DNA of 64,000 bases from Actinocatenispora sp. (GTDB lineage: Bacteria; Actinomycetota; Actinomycetes; Mycobacteriales; Micromonosporaceae). Under the pieces are notes generated by a model. That model was given only the letters and a program-made list of their open reading frames with translations. It ran no database searches and had not been told where the DNA came from. A program made the translations under genes and the position numbers. Positions 1 through 10,600 of this stretch are shown here, one piece after another. Position 1 is the first letter of the stretch, and every line of letters begins with the position of its first letter. Location: assembly GCA_036503555.1 (NCBI GenBank), contig DASXWQ010000019.1, forward strand, positions 2,302 to 66,301, in the 5' to 3' direction.

Positions 1-1
1 C

Positions 2-391
2 GACTACCCGGCCGCCCTGTCGGTCGCGTACCCGGAGCGGCTGTCACGCGGGCTGGTGCTGGTGAAGTGGTGGCTGCTGGCGATCCCGCACTACCTGCTC
101 GGCGGCGCGATCGCGGGCGGCACGTACGGCGGGTACCGGGCGATGGACGACCGCACCGGCGGGTACGGCGGGCCCAGCCTCGTCGGCCTGCTCGTGCTGT
201 TCGTCGCGCTCACCCTGCTGTTCGCCGGCCGGTACCCGCGGGGCATCTACGACCTGCTGATGGGTGTGCAGCGCTGGGGCTACCGGGTGGCCTGCTACGT
301 GTCGCTGCTGACCGACCGGTACCCGCCGTTCCGGCTCGACCAGGGCGCCGACGAGCCGGCGGTCGCCACGCCGGGTGGTCAGAGCTTGTAG
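2..391 (+). CDS. DUF4389-type membrane protein, 5'-truncated by the window edge
   Basis: Open frame from base 2: DYPAALSVAYPERLSRGLVLVKWWLLAIPHY...LLFAGRYPRGIYD...LLTDRYPPFRLD, characteristic of DUF4389 repeats. Confidence 0.8.
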   Translation, partial: DYPAALSVAYPERLSRGLVLVKWWLLAIPHYLLGGAIAGGTYGGYRAMDDRTGGYGGPSLVGLLVLFVALTLLFAGRYPRGIYDLLMGVQRWGYRVACYVSLLTDRYPPFRLDQGADEPAVATPGGQSL

Positions 392-873
392 CCGAGCTCG
401 CGCAGCAGGGCCCGCCGGTCGGTGACGTCGGCGTCGGTCTCGACGCCGACCGGCGGCAGCCCGTCCACCACGCCGACCACGCCACGCCCGCCGCCCGCGG
501 CGGCGACGAGCACCTGCACCGGGTTCGCGGTGGCGCAGAAGATCCCGCACACCTCGGGTACGGACTTCACCGCGTTGAGCACGTTGACCGGGAAGCCGTC
601 GCGCAGCAGGACGACGAACACGTGCCCGGCGCCGATCGCGGTGGCGTTCGCGACGGCCAGCTCGACCAGGGCCGGGTCGTTGCCGGACCGGCGTACCAGC
701 CGCGGGCCGGACGCCTCGTTGAACGCGAGGCCGAACCGCAGCCCCGGTACCGCGCCGGCCAGCGCCTCGTGCAGGTCCTCGACGGTCTTGATGAAGTGCG
801 ACTGGCCGATGATGACGTTGAGGTCGTCGGTCTTCTGCACCGGAACCGCGGTCAGGGCAACGCTGTCGGTCAT
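379..873 (-). CDS. Adenosine-specific kinase family protein (DUF355)
   Basis: Family motifs NVIIGQSHFIKTVEDLHEAL, FNEASGPRL, FPVNVLN, CATANP, GVVGVVDG. Confidence 0.85.
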   Translation of the reverse strand: MTDSVALTAVPVQKTDDLNVIIGQSHFIKTVEDLHEALAGAVPGLRFGLAFNEASGPRLVRRSGNDPALVELAVANATAIGAGHVFVVLLRDGFPVNVLNAVKSVPEVCGIFCATANPVQVLVAAAGGGRGVVGVVDGLPPVGVETDADVTDRRALLRELGYKL

Positions 874-928
874 GTCGCCGACGCTAGCGGCTTCCGTCCG
901 GGCGGGCGTGCGGTTCGGCGCACCCGGC

Positions 929-1192
929 TCAGGGCGCCGGGACGACCGGGGTCCAGTCGCGTACCGCGACGACCTCGACGCCGGGGGTGCGGTAGTAGGG
1001 GTCGGTCGCGAGAACGTCGTCCACCTCGGCGCGGGACGCGGTGAACAGCAGCAGCGCGCCCGAGTCGTCGGCGTACGGGCCGGCGGCGGACAGCAGGCCG
1101 CGGGCGTGCAGGTCGGTCAGCAGCGCCCGGTGCGCGGGCCGGGCCGCGAGCCGCTCGGCGCTGGCGGTGAACGCGAGTTCGACGACGATCAT
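929..1192 (-). CDS. YciI family protein
   Basis: 87 aa with RLAARPAHR, AAGP, GALLLF and DPYY motifs; starts 19 bp after the P450 stop. Confidence 0.8.
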   Translation of the reverse strand: MIVVELAFTASAERLAARPAHRALLTDLHARGLLSAAGPYADDSGALLLFTASRAEVDDVLATDPYYRTPGVEVVAVRDWTPVVPAP

Positions 1193-1211
1193 GCGCCGAC
1201 CCTACGCGGCG

Positions 1212-2450
1212 TCAGGCCGGGGTGAGTCGTACCGGGAGGGTCTCGACGCCGGTGATGAACGTGGACGGGATCCGGGTGACCGGGCCGGCGACCTCGACCG
1301 CCGCGACGGTACGCCGCAGCGCCGTCAGCACGGCCCGGATCTCGGCCCGGGCGAGCTGCGCGCCGAGGCAGAAGTGCGCCCCGTACCCGAAGGTCAGGTG
1401 CCGGTTGGGCCGGCGGCCCGGGTCGAACGCGTCCGGCGCGGCGAACACCCGCTCGTCCCGGTTCGCCGACACGAGCCACAGCGTCACCACGTCGCCGGGG
1501 ACGAGCGTGCGGCCGGCCAGCTCGGTCGCGGCGGTGACGGTACGGCCGACGTGCGCGGCCGGCGACGTCCACCGCAGCACCTCCTCGGTCGCCGGCTCGA
1601 CCACATCCGCGTCGGCGCGCAGCCGGGCCCAGGCGTCGGGCCGTTCGGCGAGGGCGAGCACGCCGCCGGCGAGCGCGAGCCGGGCCGTCTCGTCCCCGCC
1701 GATGATCAGGTTGTAGCAGTTGAGCAGGACCTCCTCGTCAGTGAGCGGCCGGCCGTCGACGGTGCCGGTGACGAGCCGGCTCACCACGTCCGCGCCCGGC
1801 ACGTCGCGGCGCCCGGCGGCGAGGTGCGTGTAGTACAACAGGATCTCGCTGCGGGCGATGCGCGCCGCGAGGTCGATGCCGTCGTCGGCGGCGGCGAGCA
1901 TCGCGGCGTTGGTCAGTTCCAGCACCCGGGGCTGGTCGGCCTCGGGTACGCCGAGCAGCTCGCAGATGGCCCGCAGCGGGATCTGCGCGGCCACCTCGGC
2001 GACCAGGTCGCCGCCGCCGCGCGCGACGATCCCGGCGACGAGATCCGTTGCGGCGCGGGCGATCGACCCGGTGACGGCGCCGAGCGTACGCGGGCCGAAC
2101 CCGTCGGCGAGCAGGCGGCGCAGCCCGGTGTGGAACGGTCCGTCGGTGACGACCAGCATCCGGCCGGCGCCCGCGTCGTGGCCGCGCAGCAGGGTGTCGA
2201 GCATGTTGCCGCGCAGCGACGTGAAGTGCGTGGTGTCCCGCGCGACCCGCAGCACGTCGGCGTGCCGGGTGACCGCCCAGCACCCGGCGTACCGGCGTAC
2301 CGGGTCGTGGTCCCGCAGCCAGCGCCACACCTCGGTCAGGTCCCGCGTGGCGTGCACCGCCGGGTCGAGCAGGTCGACGTCCGGCGCGCCGCCCCCGGAC
2401 GCGGGGCCGACGGCCGGATCGGTGTCGGTGCGGGCGGGGTCGGTCGTCAC
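1212..2450 (-). CDS. Cytochrome P450, OxyD/NovI/NikQ-like (aminoacyl-PCP beta-hydroxylase type)
   Basis: Heme motif FGYGAHFCLGAQLAR, ExxR (EEVLR), and subfamily-like GNMLDTLL, GRMLVVTDG and LNCYNLIIGGDET. GTG start at 2450 overlaps the KS-ACP stop (GTGA). Confidence 0.9.
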   Translation of the reverse strand: MTTDPARTDTDPAVGPASGGGAPDVDLLDPAVHATRDLTEVWRWLRDHDPVRRYAGCWAVTRHADVLRVARDTTHFTSLRGNMLDTLLRGHDAGAGRMLVVTDGPFHTGLRRLLADGFGPRTLGAVTGSIARAATDLVAGIVARGGGDLVAEVAAQIPLRAICELLGVPEADQPRVLELTNAAMLAAADDGIDLAARIARSEILLYYTHLAAGRRDVPGADVVSRLVTGTVDGRPLTDEEVLLNCYNLIIGGDETARLALAGGVLALAERPDAWARLRADADVVEPATEEVLRWTSPAAHVGRTVTAATELAGRTLVPGDVVTLWLVSANRDERVFAAPDAFDPGRRPNRHLTFGYGAHFCLGAQLARAEIRAVLTALRRTVAAVEVAGPVTRIPSTFITGVETLPVRLTPA

Positions 2451-4462
2451 GGCGCGGACTCGATCTCGTCCAGCAGCGCGGCGAGCGGGTCGTCCGCGTC
2501 CGCACCGCCGGCGGTGATCCGGTCGGCCAGCTCGCGGATCGTGAGCTGCTCCAGGAACAGCTCCACCGGCACGTCCAGCCCGTACTCGTCCTGCAACCGG
2601 CCCACCAGCAGGATCGCGGTGAGCGAGTCGCCGCCGACGGCGAAGTACGTGCGGTCGAGGTCGGCCGGCCCGGACAGCCCGAGCGTCGTCGACAGCAGGT
2701 CCAGTACCTGCGCGGTGCGGTCGGCCGGCCCGTCGTCGACGGGCCGCTCCGGCGCGGCCGTACCCGGGGTCGGCAGCGTCAGCGCGCCGCGGTGCTCCCC
2801 GGCGAACGGGTACGCCGGCAGGTGCACGCGCCGCGTGCCGGGCGCCGGCGGCGGCCACGTCACGTCGGCACCGCGTACCCAGGCCGCGGCGAGCGGATCC
2901 TCGACGGGCGCCGGGGTACCGGCGGCGAGCGCGGTCAGCGCGGCGGCGGCGGCCTCCCGGTCGGCGGCGACCACGGCGGCGCGGACGTCCAGCGCGGCGC
3001 GGCCGGCGCGCAGCGTGTACGCCACGTCGGCGAGGTCCGGCGCGTCCGGCGCGCGCAGGACGGCGGCGAGCGCGCCGGCGATCGCCGCCACCTGCGCACC
3101 GGTACGCGCGGAGATCGGCAGCACCTGCGCCGTGCGGTCCACAGTGGACGGCGCGGTCGACTCGGGCGCCTCGGCGAGCACCACGTGCACGTTGGTACCG
3201 CCGATCGCGACGCCGGAGACCCCGGCCAGCCGCGGCCCGTCGGCCGGTGCCGGCCACGGGCCGGTCGCCGGCGGCAGCGCGAACGGCGTGCGGTCGAGGT
3301 CCGGCCGTGGGCGGGTGACGCCGGGCGACGGGACGAGGGTGCGGTGCCGGAGCATCAGCACCACCTTGATCAGCGCCGCCACCCCGGCGGCGGCGTCCAG
3401 GTGACCGATCGTCGCCTTCACCGAGCCCAGCCCGATCCGCGCCCCGGCGCCGGCGTCGGCGCCCACCAGGTCCGGCAGGTCGGTGGGGGCGCGGCCGGTG
3501 ACGGCGGCGGTGAGGGCGGCGAGTTCGACCCGGTCACCGAGGCGGGTGCCGGTGCCGTGTGCCTCGACGTACCCGGCGGCGGACGGGGACAGGCCGGCGG
3601 CGGCCCACGCCTCGACGACGGCGGCGGTCTGCCGGTCGACGCCGGGCGCGGTGAAGCCGAGCGTGGCGGACCCGTCGTTGGTGACGGCCGAACCGAGCAG
3701 CACCGCGTACACCGGGTCGCCGGCGGCGAGCGCGTCCGCCAGGCGCCGCAACACGACGAGGCCGACCCCGCTGCCGGGTACGGTGCCGTCGGCGTCGGCG
3801 TCGAACGGCCGGCAGCGGCCGTCGGCGGACAGGATGTCGCCGTCGCGGTGCACGTACCCGTGCGGGTGGACGGACGCGACGGAGACGCCGCCGGCGAGCG
3901 CGGTGTCGCACTCGCCCAGCAGCAGCGCCTGGGTGGCGACGTGGACCGCGGCGAGCGACGTCGCGCAGGCGGCCTGCACGGTGAGGCTCGGCCCGTCCAG
4001 CCCGAACCGGTACGACAGCCACGGCGCGAGGAACTCCCGGTCGGTGAGCGTACGCACCTGCAGGGTGCCCAGTTCCGCGGCGAGCGCCGGGTCGGCCGCG
4101 GCGGCGACGTGGTGTTCGGTGGGGCTGCCGCCGACGTACACGCCGGTGCGGGATGGGGCGGCGCGCGGGTCGTACCCGGCGTCCTCCAGGGCCTGCCAGG
4201 CGGTCTCCAGCAGCAGCCGGTGCTGCGGGTCGAGGACCTGCGCCTCGCGCGGGTGGACGCCGAACAGCTCGGCCTCGAACCGGTCCGCGCCGTCCAGGTA
4301 CCCGCCGGAGCGGACGAGGCCGGCCGGGGCGGGCGCGTCGTCCGGCGGGAGGTCGGTGATGGCGCAGGTTCCGGCGGCGAGGTTGGTCCAGTAGGTGGCG
4401 AGATCGTGCGCGCCGGGGAAGCGTCCGGCCATCCCCACGACGGCCACGGCGGTGTCGGTCAT
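2447..4462 (-). CDS. AT-less type I PKS module (KS-ACP)
   Basis: AVAVVGMAGRFPGA; catalytic C (QAACATSL), H (EAHGTGT) and H (IGHLDAAAG); post-AT linker LPAYPF with no AT domain; ACP YFAVGGDSL. ATG at 4462 after GAGGAC. Confidence 0.9.
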   Translation of the reverse strand: MTDTAVAVVGMAGRFPGAHDLATYWTNLAAGTCAITDLPPDDAPAPAGLVRSGGYLDGADRFEAELFGVHPREAQVLDPQHRLLLETAWQALEDAGYDPRAAPSRTGVYVGGSPTEHHVAAAADPALAAELGTLQVRTLTDREFLAPWLSYRFGLDGPSLTVQAACATSLAAVHVATQALLLGECDTALAGGVSVASVHPHGYVHRDGDILSADGRCRPFDADADGTVPGSGVGLVVLRRLADALAAGDPVYAVLLGSAVTNDGSATLGFTAPGVDRQTAAVVEAWAAAGLSPSAAGYVEAHGTGTRLGDRVELAALTAAVTGRAPTDLPDLVGADAGAGARIGLGSVKATIGHLDAAAGVAALIKVVLMLRHRTLVPSPGVTRPRPDLDRTPFALPPATGPWPAPADGPRLAGVSGVAIGGTNVHVVLAEAPESTAPSTVDRTAQVLPISARTGAQVAAIAGALAAVLRAPDAPDLADVAYTLRAGRAALDVRAAVVAADREAAAAALTALAAGTPAPVEDPLAAAWVRGADVTWPPPAPGTRRVHLPAYPFAGEHRGALTLPTPGTAAPERPVDDGPADRTAQVLDLLSTTLGLSGPADLDRTYFAVGGDSLTAILLVGRLQDEYGLDVPVELFLEQLTIRELADRITAGGADADDPLAALLDEIESAP

Positions 4463-4466
4463 GTCC

Positions 4467-7400
4467 TCACGATCCCTTCGCGGTACGGGCGGAGCCTGCG
4501 GCCGGCGCGGGTACGGCGCGGGCGGCGAGGCGGGCGCGGCGGTCGCGGCCCCGGCGGGCCGCCTCGTCCAGGTCGTCGGCGCCGGCACCGTCGAGGTGCG
4601 CGGCGAGGGCGGCGACGGTGGGCCGGCGGAACAGGTCGACGAGGCCGAGCCCGGCGCCGAGGTCCTGCTCGCGCAGCGCGGCGAGCACCGCGAGCAGGCG
4701 TACCGAGTTGCCGCCGAGGTCGAAGAACGTGTCGTGCACGCCGACCCGGGCCAGCCCCAGCACGTCCCGCCAGATCGCGGCGATGCGGTGCTGCGTGGGC
4801 GTTTCCGGCGCCGCGTACGGTGCGGCGAGCTCGGGCCGTTCGGCGGGCGGGGCGGGCAGCGCGGCGCGGTCCAGCTTGCCGGAACTGCCGGTGGGCAGCG
4901 CGTCGAGCCGGACTATCGCGTCGGGCACCAGGTACGCCGGGAGCCGCTCGGCGAGCCAGCCGCGCAGCTCGGCGGGACTCGGCGTCGCGGCACCCACCAC
5001 GTACGCGGCGAGCCGGCGGTCGAGCGGGTCGCCGACCACGGTGGCCGCGGCGGCGGTGACGGCGGGATGGCCGGCCAGCACCGTCTCCACCTCGCCCAGC
5101 TCGACCCGGAACCCGCGCACCTTCACCTGCGTGTCGCTGCGCCCCAGGTACGACAGGACGCCCGCGTCGTCGTGGCGGCCGAGGTCGCCGGTGCGGTACA
5201 TGCGGCTGCCGGGCGGGCCGAAGGGGTCGGCGACGAACCGTTCCGCGGTGAGCGCGGGCCGGTGCGCGTACCCGCGGGCGAGGCTGTCGCCGGCCAGCCA
5301 GATCTCGCCGACGACGCCGACCGGTACCGGCCGCAGCCGCTCGTCCAGCAGGTACGCCCGGACGTTCGGCACGGGCCGGCCGATCCGCACCGGCTCGCCG
5401 GGGCGCAGCACCGCGGTCGTGGCGTACACGGTCGACTCGCTGGGGCCGTACGCGTCGAGGATCAGCCGGTCGTCCCCGGCCCACCGGTCGACCAGCTCGG
5501 GCGGGCACGGCTCCCCGCCGACGGCGAGGGTACGCAGGTCCGGGAGCGGGCGGGTGGGCAGCGACATGCCGGCGGCGGGCGGCAGGAAGACGTACGTGAT
5601 GCGGGCGGCGGCGAGCCGGTCGTGCAGCGCGTCGCCGAGCCGTTCGTCGGCGGTCGCGACGTGCAGCTCCGCGCCGGCCGTCCAGGCGAAGAACAGGTCG
5701 GACACCGCGACGTCGAACCCGAACGACACGTACTGGAGGACCCGGTCGTCGGCGGTGACGCGGAAGCCGGGGCGTACCGCGACGGCGAGGTTCGTGAGTG
5801 CCCGGTGTTCGACGGCGACGGCCTTCGGCGTGCCCGTCGACCCGGACGTGAACAGCAGGTACGCGAGCGTGTCCGGCCCGACCACCCCGCCCGGCCCGGC
5901 CGCCACATCCGGCACGTCGATCGTGTCCCCGTCCACCACCCCGACCGGCACCCCCAGCTCGTCGCGGGGATCGCCGGGCCTGTCGCCGCCTCCGCCGTGA
6001 GGATCGCGTCGGCCCGGCCCGTCGGGGGCGGTCAGGACCAGGTGGGCGCGGGCGTCGGCGAGCAGGGCGCGCAGGCGTACGACGGGCTGGTCGGGGTCGA
6101 GCGGCAGGTACGCGCCGCCCGCGCGGAGCACCGCGAGCGCCGCGACGGCCATGTCCGCGGAGCGTGGCAGGCACACCCCGACGGGTACCTCGGGGCCGAC
6201 GCCGGCCGCGCGGAGCCGCGCCGCGAACCGGTCGGCGCGGGCCAGCAGCTCGCGGTAGGTCAGCACGGCGTCGCCGCACACCAGCGCCACCGCGTCGGGC
6301 CGTTCGGCGGCGCGCTCGGCGACGAGATCTGGCACCAACCCGGCGGCCGGCGCGGCGGTGCGGTTCCCGTCGTGTACCAGGCGATGCCTCTCAGCGGCGT
6401 CGACGAGCGGCGGCGCGGTGATCGCCGCGGCCGGTGCGGCGAGCAGCCCGGCGAGCAGCACGCGGAACGCGTCCGCCCAGCGGCGTACCGTCGCCGGGTC
6501 GAGCAGGTCGGTGCGGTGGATGAGCCGCGCGGTGAGGTCGTCGCCGGCGCGCTCGACGTAGAGCAGCAGGTCGAACTTGGCGGCGTCGAGCGCGACGTCG
6601 AGCCGGGTGACCGTGGCGCCGGGGAGATCCAGCCGCGGCTCCGTGTCGTCGTCGTACGCGAAGGCGACCTGCACGACGGGGTCGTGGCTGAGCGCGCGGG
6701 CCGGCGCGAGCGCGTCGACGACCGCGCCGAACGGCGCGTCCTGGTACGGCCGGCCCGCCGCAAGCTCGTCGCGTACCCGGGTGAGCAGGTCGGCGAAGCC
6801 CGGCTCGCCCGTCGCGTCGACCCGGACCGCGATCGTGTTCGCCAGCATGCCGACCATGTCGTGCACGTCCGCCCGGTCGCGCCCCGCCACCGGTACCCCG
6901 ATCACCAGGTCACCCTGGCCGGACAGCCGCCGCAGGAACACCGCGTACGCCGCGAACAGCACCGTGAACGGCGTCGTCCGGTGCGCCGCGGCCACCTCGG
7001 CCAGCGCCGCCGGGTCGAGCACGAAGCGGGTCGAGTCGGCGGCGGTCGACTGGACCGCCGGGCGCGGCCGGTCGTACGGCAGCTCCAGCGTGTCCGGCGC
7101 CCCGCGCAGCCGGTCCCGCCAGTGCGCCACCGCCTCGTCGTACGCGCCGGCGGCGAGCCGCTCCCGCTGCCAGTCCGCGTAGTCCGGGTACTGGATCTCC
7201 GGCGGCACCAGCGAGTCCGGCTCCCGGTACGCCTCGGCCAGGTCGGTCAGCAGCACGGCGAGCGACCAGCCGTCGCACACGATGTGGTGCGCGACGAGCA
7301 GCACCGCCCGCGTCCCGTCGGTCAGCTCCACGACGGCGCACCGCAGCAGCGGCCCGCGCGCCAGGTCGAACGGCCGGCCCGCCAACTCGGCCAGCGTCGC

Positions 7401-7685
7401 CGCCAGCGCGTCCGGCCCGACGCCGCGCACCGTCGTCGGCTCGACCGTCGCCGCCGCGGCGACGACCTGCACGTACCCGCCGCCGGGTGCCGGCCGGAAC
7501 GTGGTGCGCAGCGCCTCGTGCCGCGCCACCACCGCGGACAGCGCCCGGCCGAACACGGCGGCGTCGAACGGCCCGGCCACCCGGAACGCGACAGGCACGT
7601 GGTACTGCGTGCTGCCCGGGTGCAGCCGGTCCAGCACCAGCAGCCGCTGCTGCTCCGCCGACACCGCGAACGCGTACTCGTCCAC
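4467..7685 (-). CDS. NRPS, C-A-T
   Basis: C motif HHIVCDGWS; A motifs FTSGSTGTPK, YGPSE, MYRTGD; T motif FFDLGGNS. Pocket code read by eye as about DVSFAGAVYK (unassigned). Confidence 0.95.
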   Translation of the reverse strand: MDEYAFAVSAEQQRLLVLDRLHPGSTQYHVPVAFRVAGPFDAAVFGRALSAVVARHEALRTTFRPAPGGGYVQVVAAAATVEPTTVRGVGPDALAATLAELAGRPFDLARGPLLRCAVVELTDGTRAVLLVAHHIVCDGWSLAVLLTDLAEAYREPDSLVPPEIQYPDYADWQRERLAAGAYDEAVAHWRDRLRGAPDTLELPYDRPRPAVQSTAADSTRFVLDPAALAEVAAAHRTTPFTVLFAAYAVFLRRLSGQGDLVIGVPVAGRDRADVHDMVGMLANTIAVRVDATGEPGFADLLTRVRDELAAGRPYQDAPFGAVVDALAPARALSHDPVVQVAFAYDDDTEPRLDLPGATVTRLDVALDAAKFDLLLYVERAGDDLTARLIHRTDLLDPATVRRWADAFRVLLAGLLAAPAAAITAPPLVDAAERHRLVHDGNRTAAPAAGLVPDLVAERAAERPDAVALVCGDAVLTYRELLARADRFAARLRAAGVGPEVPVGVCLPRSADMAVAALAVLRAGGAYLPLDPDQPVVRLRALLADARAHLVLTAPDGPGRRDPHGGGGDRPGDPRDELGVPVGVVDGDTIDVPDVAAGPGGVVGPDTLAYLLFTSGSTGTPKAVAVEHRALTNLAVAVRPGFRVTADDRVLQYVSFGFDVAVSDLFFAWTAGAELHVATADERLGDALHDRLAAARITYVFLPPAAGMSLPTRPLPDLRTLAVGGEPCPPELVDRWAGDDRLILDAYGPSESTVYATTAVLRPGEPVRIGRPVPNVRAYLLDERLRPVPVGVVGEIWLAGDSLARGYAHRPALTAERFVADPFGPPGSRMYRTGDLGRHDDAGVLSYLGRSDTQVKVRGFRVELGEVETVLAGHPAVTAAAATVVGDPLDRRLAAYVVGAATPSPAELRGWLAERLPAYLVPDAIVRLDALPTGSSGKLDRAALPAPPAERPELAAPYAAPETPTQHRIAAIWRDVLGLARVGVHDTFFDLGGNSVRLLAVLAALREQDLGAGLGLVDLFRRPTVAALAAHLDGAGADDLDEAARRGRDRRARLAARAVPAPAAGSARTAKGS

Positions 7686-10600
7686 CTAGACCTCCCCGTG
7701 TTCCAGCACGGCGGCCACGCGCCCGGCGTACCCGGGGTGCAGCAGCTCGCCGTGCGCGCAGTCCAGCTCGGCCACCCGGACGTCGGCGGCGAGCCGGCGC
7801 CACGCCGCCGCCTTCGCCGCGGTCGGCGGCCCGTCGGCCGTCGCGGACACCAGCGTCACCGGCCCGTCGTACGCGCCCGGCCGGTACGTGTGCGCCAGCG
7901 TGATGTGCCGTGCGCACAGCTCGGCGGCGACGGCGAGCCGGCGCCGGGGCCAGCCGTACAGCGGGCCGTCGGCGGCGCGGACCGCGTCCAGCACCTCGTC
8001 GGAGTCGAGCGGCCCGTCCGGTACCGCGACCCGACCGCTGCGCAGCACGATCCGCAGCGTCTCCTGCGCGACGAGCTCCGCGTCCGGGACGCGTACCGGG
8101 CCGTGCTGCGGCGCCGCGTCGAGCACCGCGACCAGCTCCACCCGCTCGCCCGCCGCCCGCAGCCGCACCGCCAGCTCGTACGCCAGCAGCCCGCCGAACG
8201 ACCGCCCCGCGAGCCGGTACGGCCCGGCCGGGCGGACCTCGGCGATCCGCGCCAGGTACGCGTCGGCCATCGACTCGACGCCGTCCGGCAGCGCCCCGCC
8301 GAACAACGCCGGCGCCTGGAGCGCGTACAGCGGGCGGTCCGGCGGCAGGTGCGGCAGCAGCGCGGCGTACGTCCAGCCGACGCCCATGCCGGGATGCACG
8401 CAGAACAGCGGCGTGCGCGACCCGTCCCGGCGCAGCGGCAGCAGCGGCGCCAGCCCCAGGTCCGGTACCGCCGCGTCGAGCCGCGCGGCCAGCAGCGTCG
8501 GGGTCGGTGCGGCGAACACCGCGCTCACCGGCACCCGGATCGACAGGTCCGCCGCGATCGCCGCGACCAGTCGCATCGCGGCGAGCGAGTGCCCGCCCAA
8601 CTCGAAGAACCCGTCGTCCGGTCCGATCCCGCCGCGGCCCAGCACCGCGGCGAACAGCCGGCACACCGTCGCGACGCGACCGTCGGCGGCCGGCGCGGGA
8701 TCCGGCGCCCGGTCCGGTACGTCCGGCAGCGCCGCCCGGTCGACCTTGCCGTGCGCGGTCAGCGGCAGCGCGTCGAGCCGGACGTACGCGCCGGGCAGCA
8801 GGTGCCGGGGCAGCCGCCCGGCCAGGCCCCGGCGTACGTCGGCGAGGACGTTCCCGCCCTCGGAACGCGAGCCGACGAACCGCGCGCCCGGCCCGGGCCC
8901 GGCATCGGGCGGGTCGTCGTCGGTGGGGACGACGTACGCGACGAGGCGCTGGCCGCCGGCCGGGTCGGGGCGCGCCGCGACCGCCGCCGCGCGTACGCCG
9001 GGGCAGCCGGCGAGCGCCGCCTCGACCTCGGCCGGCTCGACCCGGTGGCCGCGGATCTTCACCTGCGCGTCGGCCCGGCCCACGAACGCCAGGTCGCCGG
9101 CCGGGTCGCGCCGCACCAGGTCGCCGGTCCGGTACATCCGGCCGCCCGAAACGTACGGGTCGGCGACGAACCGGGCGGCGGTCGCCCCGGTGCGCCCGGC
9201 GTACCCGCGGGCGAGTCCCGCGCCGGCCAGGTACAGCTCCCCCACGACGCCGACCGGCGTCGGTCGCAGCCGCGAGTCCAGCACGTACGCCCGGACCCCG
9301 GCCAGCGGACGGCCGATCGGCACCGGCCCGTCCGGCACCGCACCGTCCATCCGGTACGCCGTCGCGAACGTCGTCGTCTCCGTCGGCCCGTACCCGTCGA
9401 CGATCGTCAGGCCGGGGCAGGCCGCGCGGACCCGGCGTACCGCGGTCGGGTCGAGGACGTCGCCGCCGGCCCACACCTCGGTCAGCCCGCGCAGTGCCGC
9501 CGGTGCCAGCTCGGCCACCGTCCGGAACAGCTCCGCGGTCAGCCACACCGCGCTCACCCCGGCGAGCAGGTCGGCGAGGCGGTCCACCGCGAGCGGCCCG
9601 GGCGGGGCGACGACGACGGTGCCGCCGGTCAACAGCGGCACCCACACCTCGTACGTCGCCGCGTCGAACGTGTGCGGGCTGTGCAGCAGCACCCGCCGGT
9701 GCGCGCCGAACCGGGGGTCGGCGGCCAGCGCCACCACGTCCTCGTGCGTGACGACGACGCCCTTCGGCGCCCCGGTCGACCCGGACGTGAACATGACGTA
9801 CGCGGCGGACGCGGGCCGGGCCGCGTCGGCGACCGGCCCGGGCGCGGCCGCGGCGGCGGCGACCCAGCGCACGCCGTCCGGGAGCCAGTCGGGCGGCTTG
9901 TCGGCGACCACGTACCGGACGGCGGCGTCGGTGACGAGGCGCCGCAGTCGCTCCGCCGGCGCCTCCGGGGCGAGCGGCACGTAGCAGCCGCCGGCGCGCA
10001 GCACCGCGAGCTGGCAGACGACCAGCTCGACCGACCGGTCCAGCGCCACCGCCACCGGCGTCTCGGCCGAGACACCGTGCGCGGCAAGGGATCCGGCGAG
10101 CGCGTCGGCCGCCTCGGCCAGCCCGGCGTAGCTCAGCGTACGGCGGGCGTCGGTCACCGCCGGCGCGTCCGGCGTCGCCGCCACCCGGGCCGCGAACCGC
10201 CCCGTCACGGTCGCCTCTCCACCGTTCGCAGCGCCATCCGGGAAGTCACCCGGCGCGCGGTGCGACCTGCCGCCCGCGGCGCCGAACGGCGCGCCGGTCG
10301 GGGTGGGGAGCAGGGCGGCGCGTTCGGCGGGTGGCAGGACGTCGACGGCGCCGACCGGTACGTCCGGGCCGGCGAGCACGGTGAGGGTGTGGCGGAGCCG
10401 GGCCGCGAGCAGCGCCGCCTCGGCCGCCGACACCCGGTCCGGCCGGTACGCCAGGCGCAGCAGCAGCGCGTCCCCGGCGACGACGGCGAGGGTCAGCGGG
10501 TAATGCGTCGCGTCGCGTACCTCGACCAGCCGGGGACCGTCGGCCGGCGGCGCGGGCCGCGGGAAGCTCTCGTACGCGAGGACGGTGTCGAACAGGTCGC

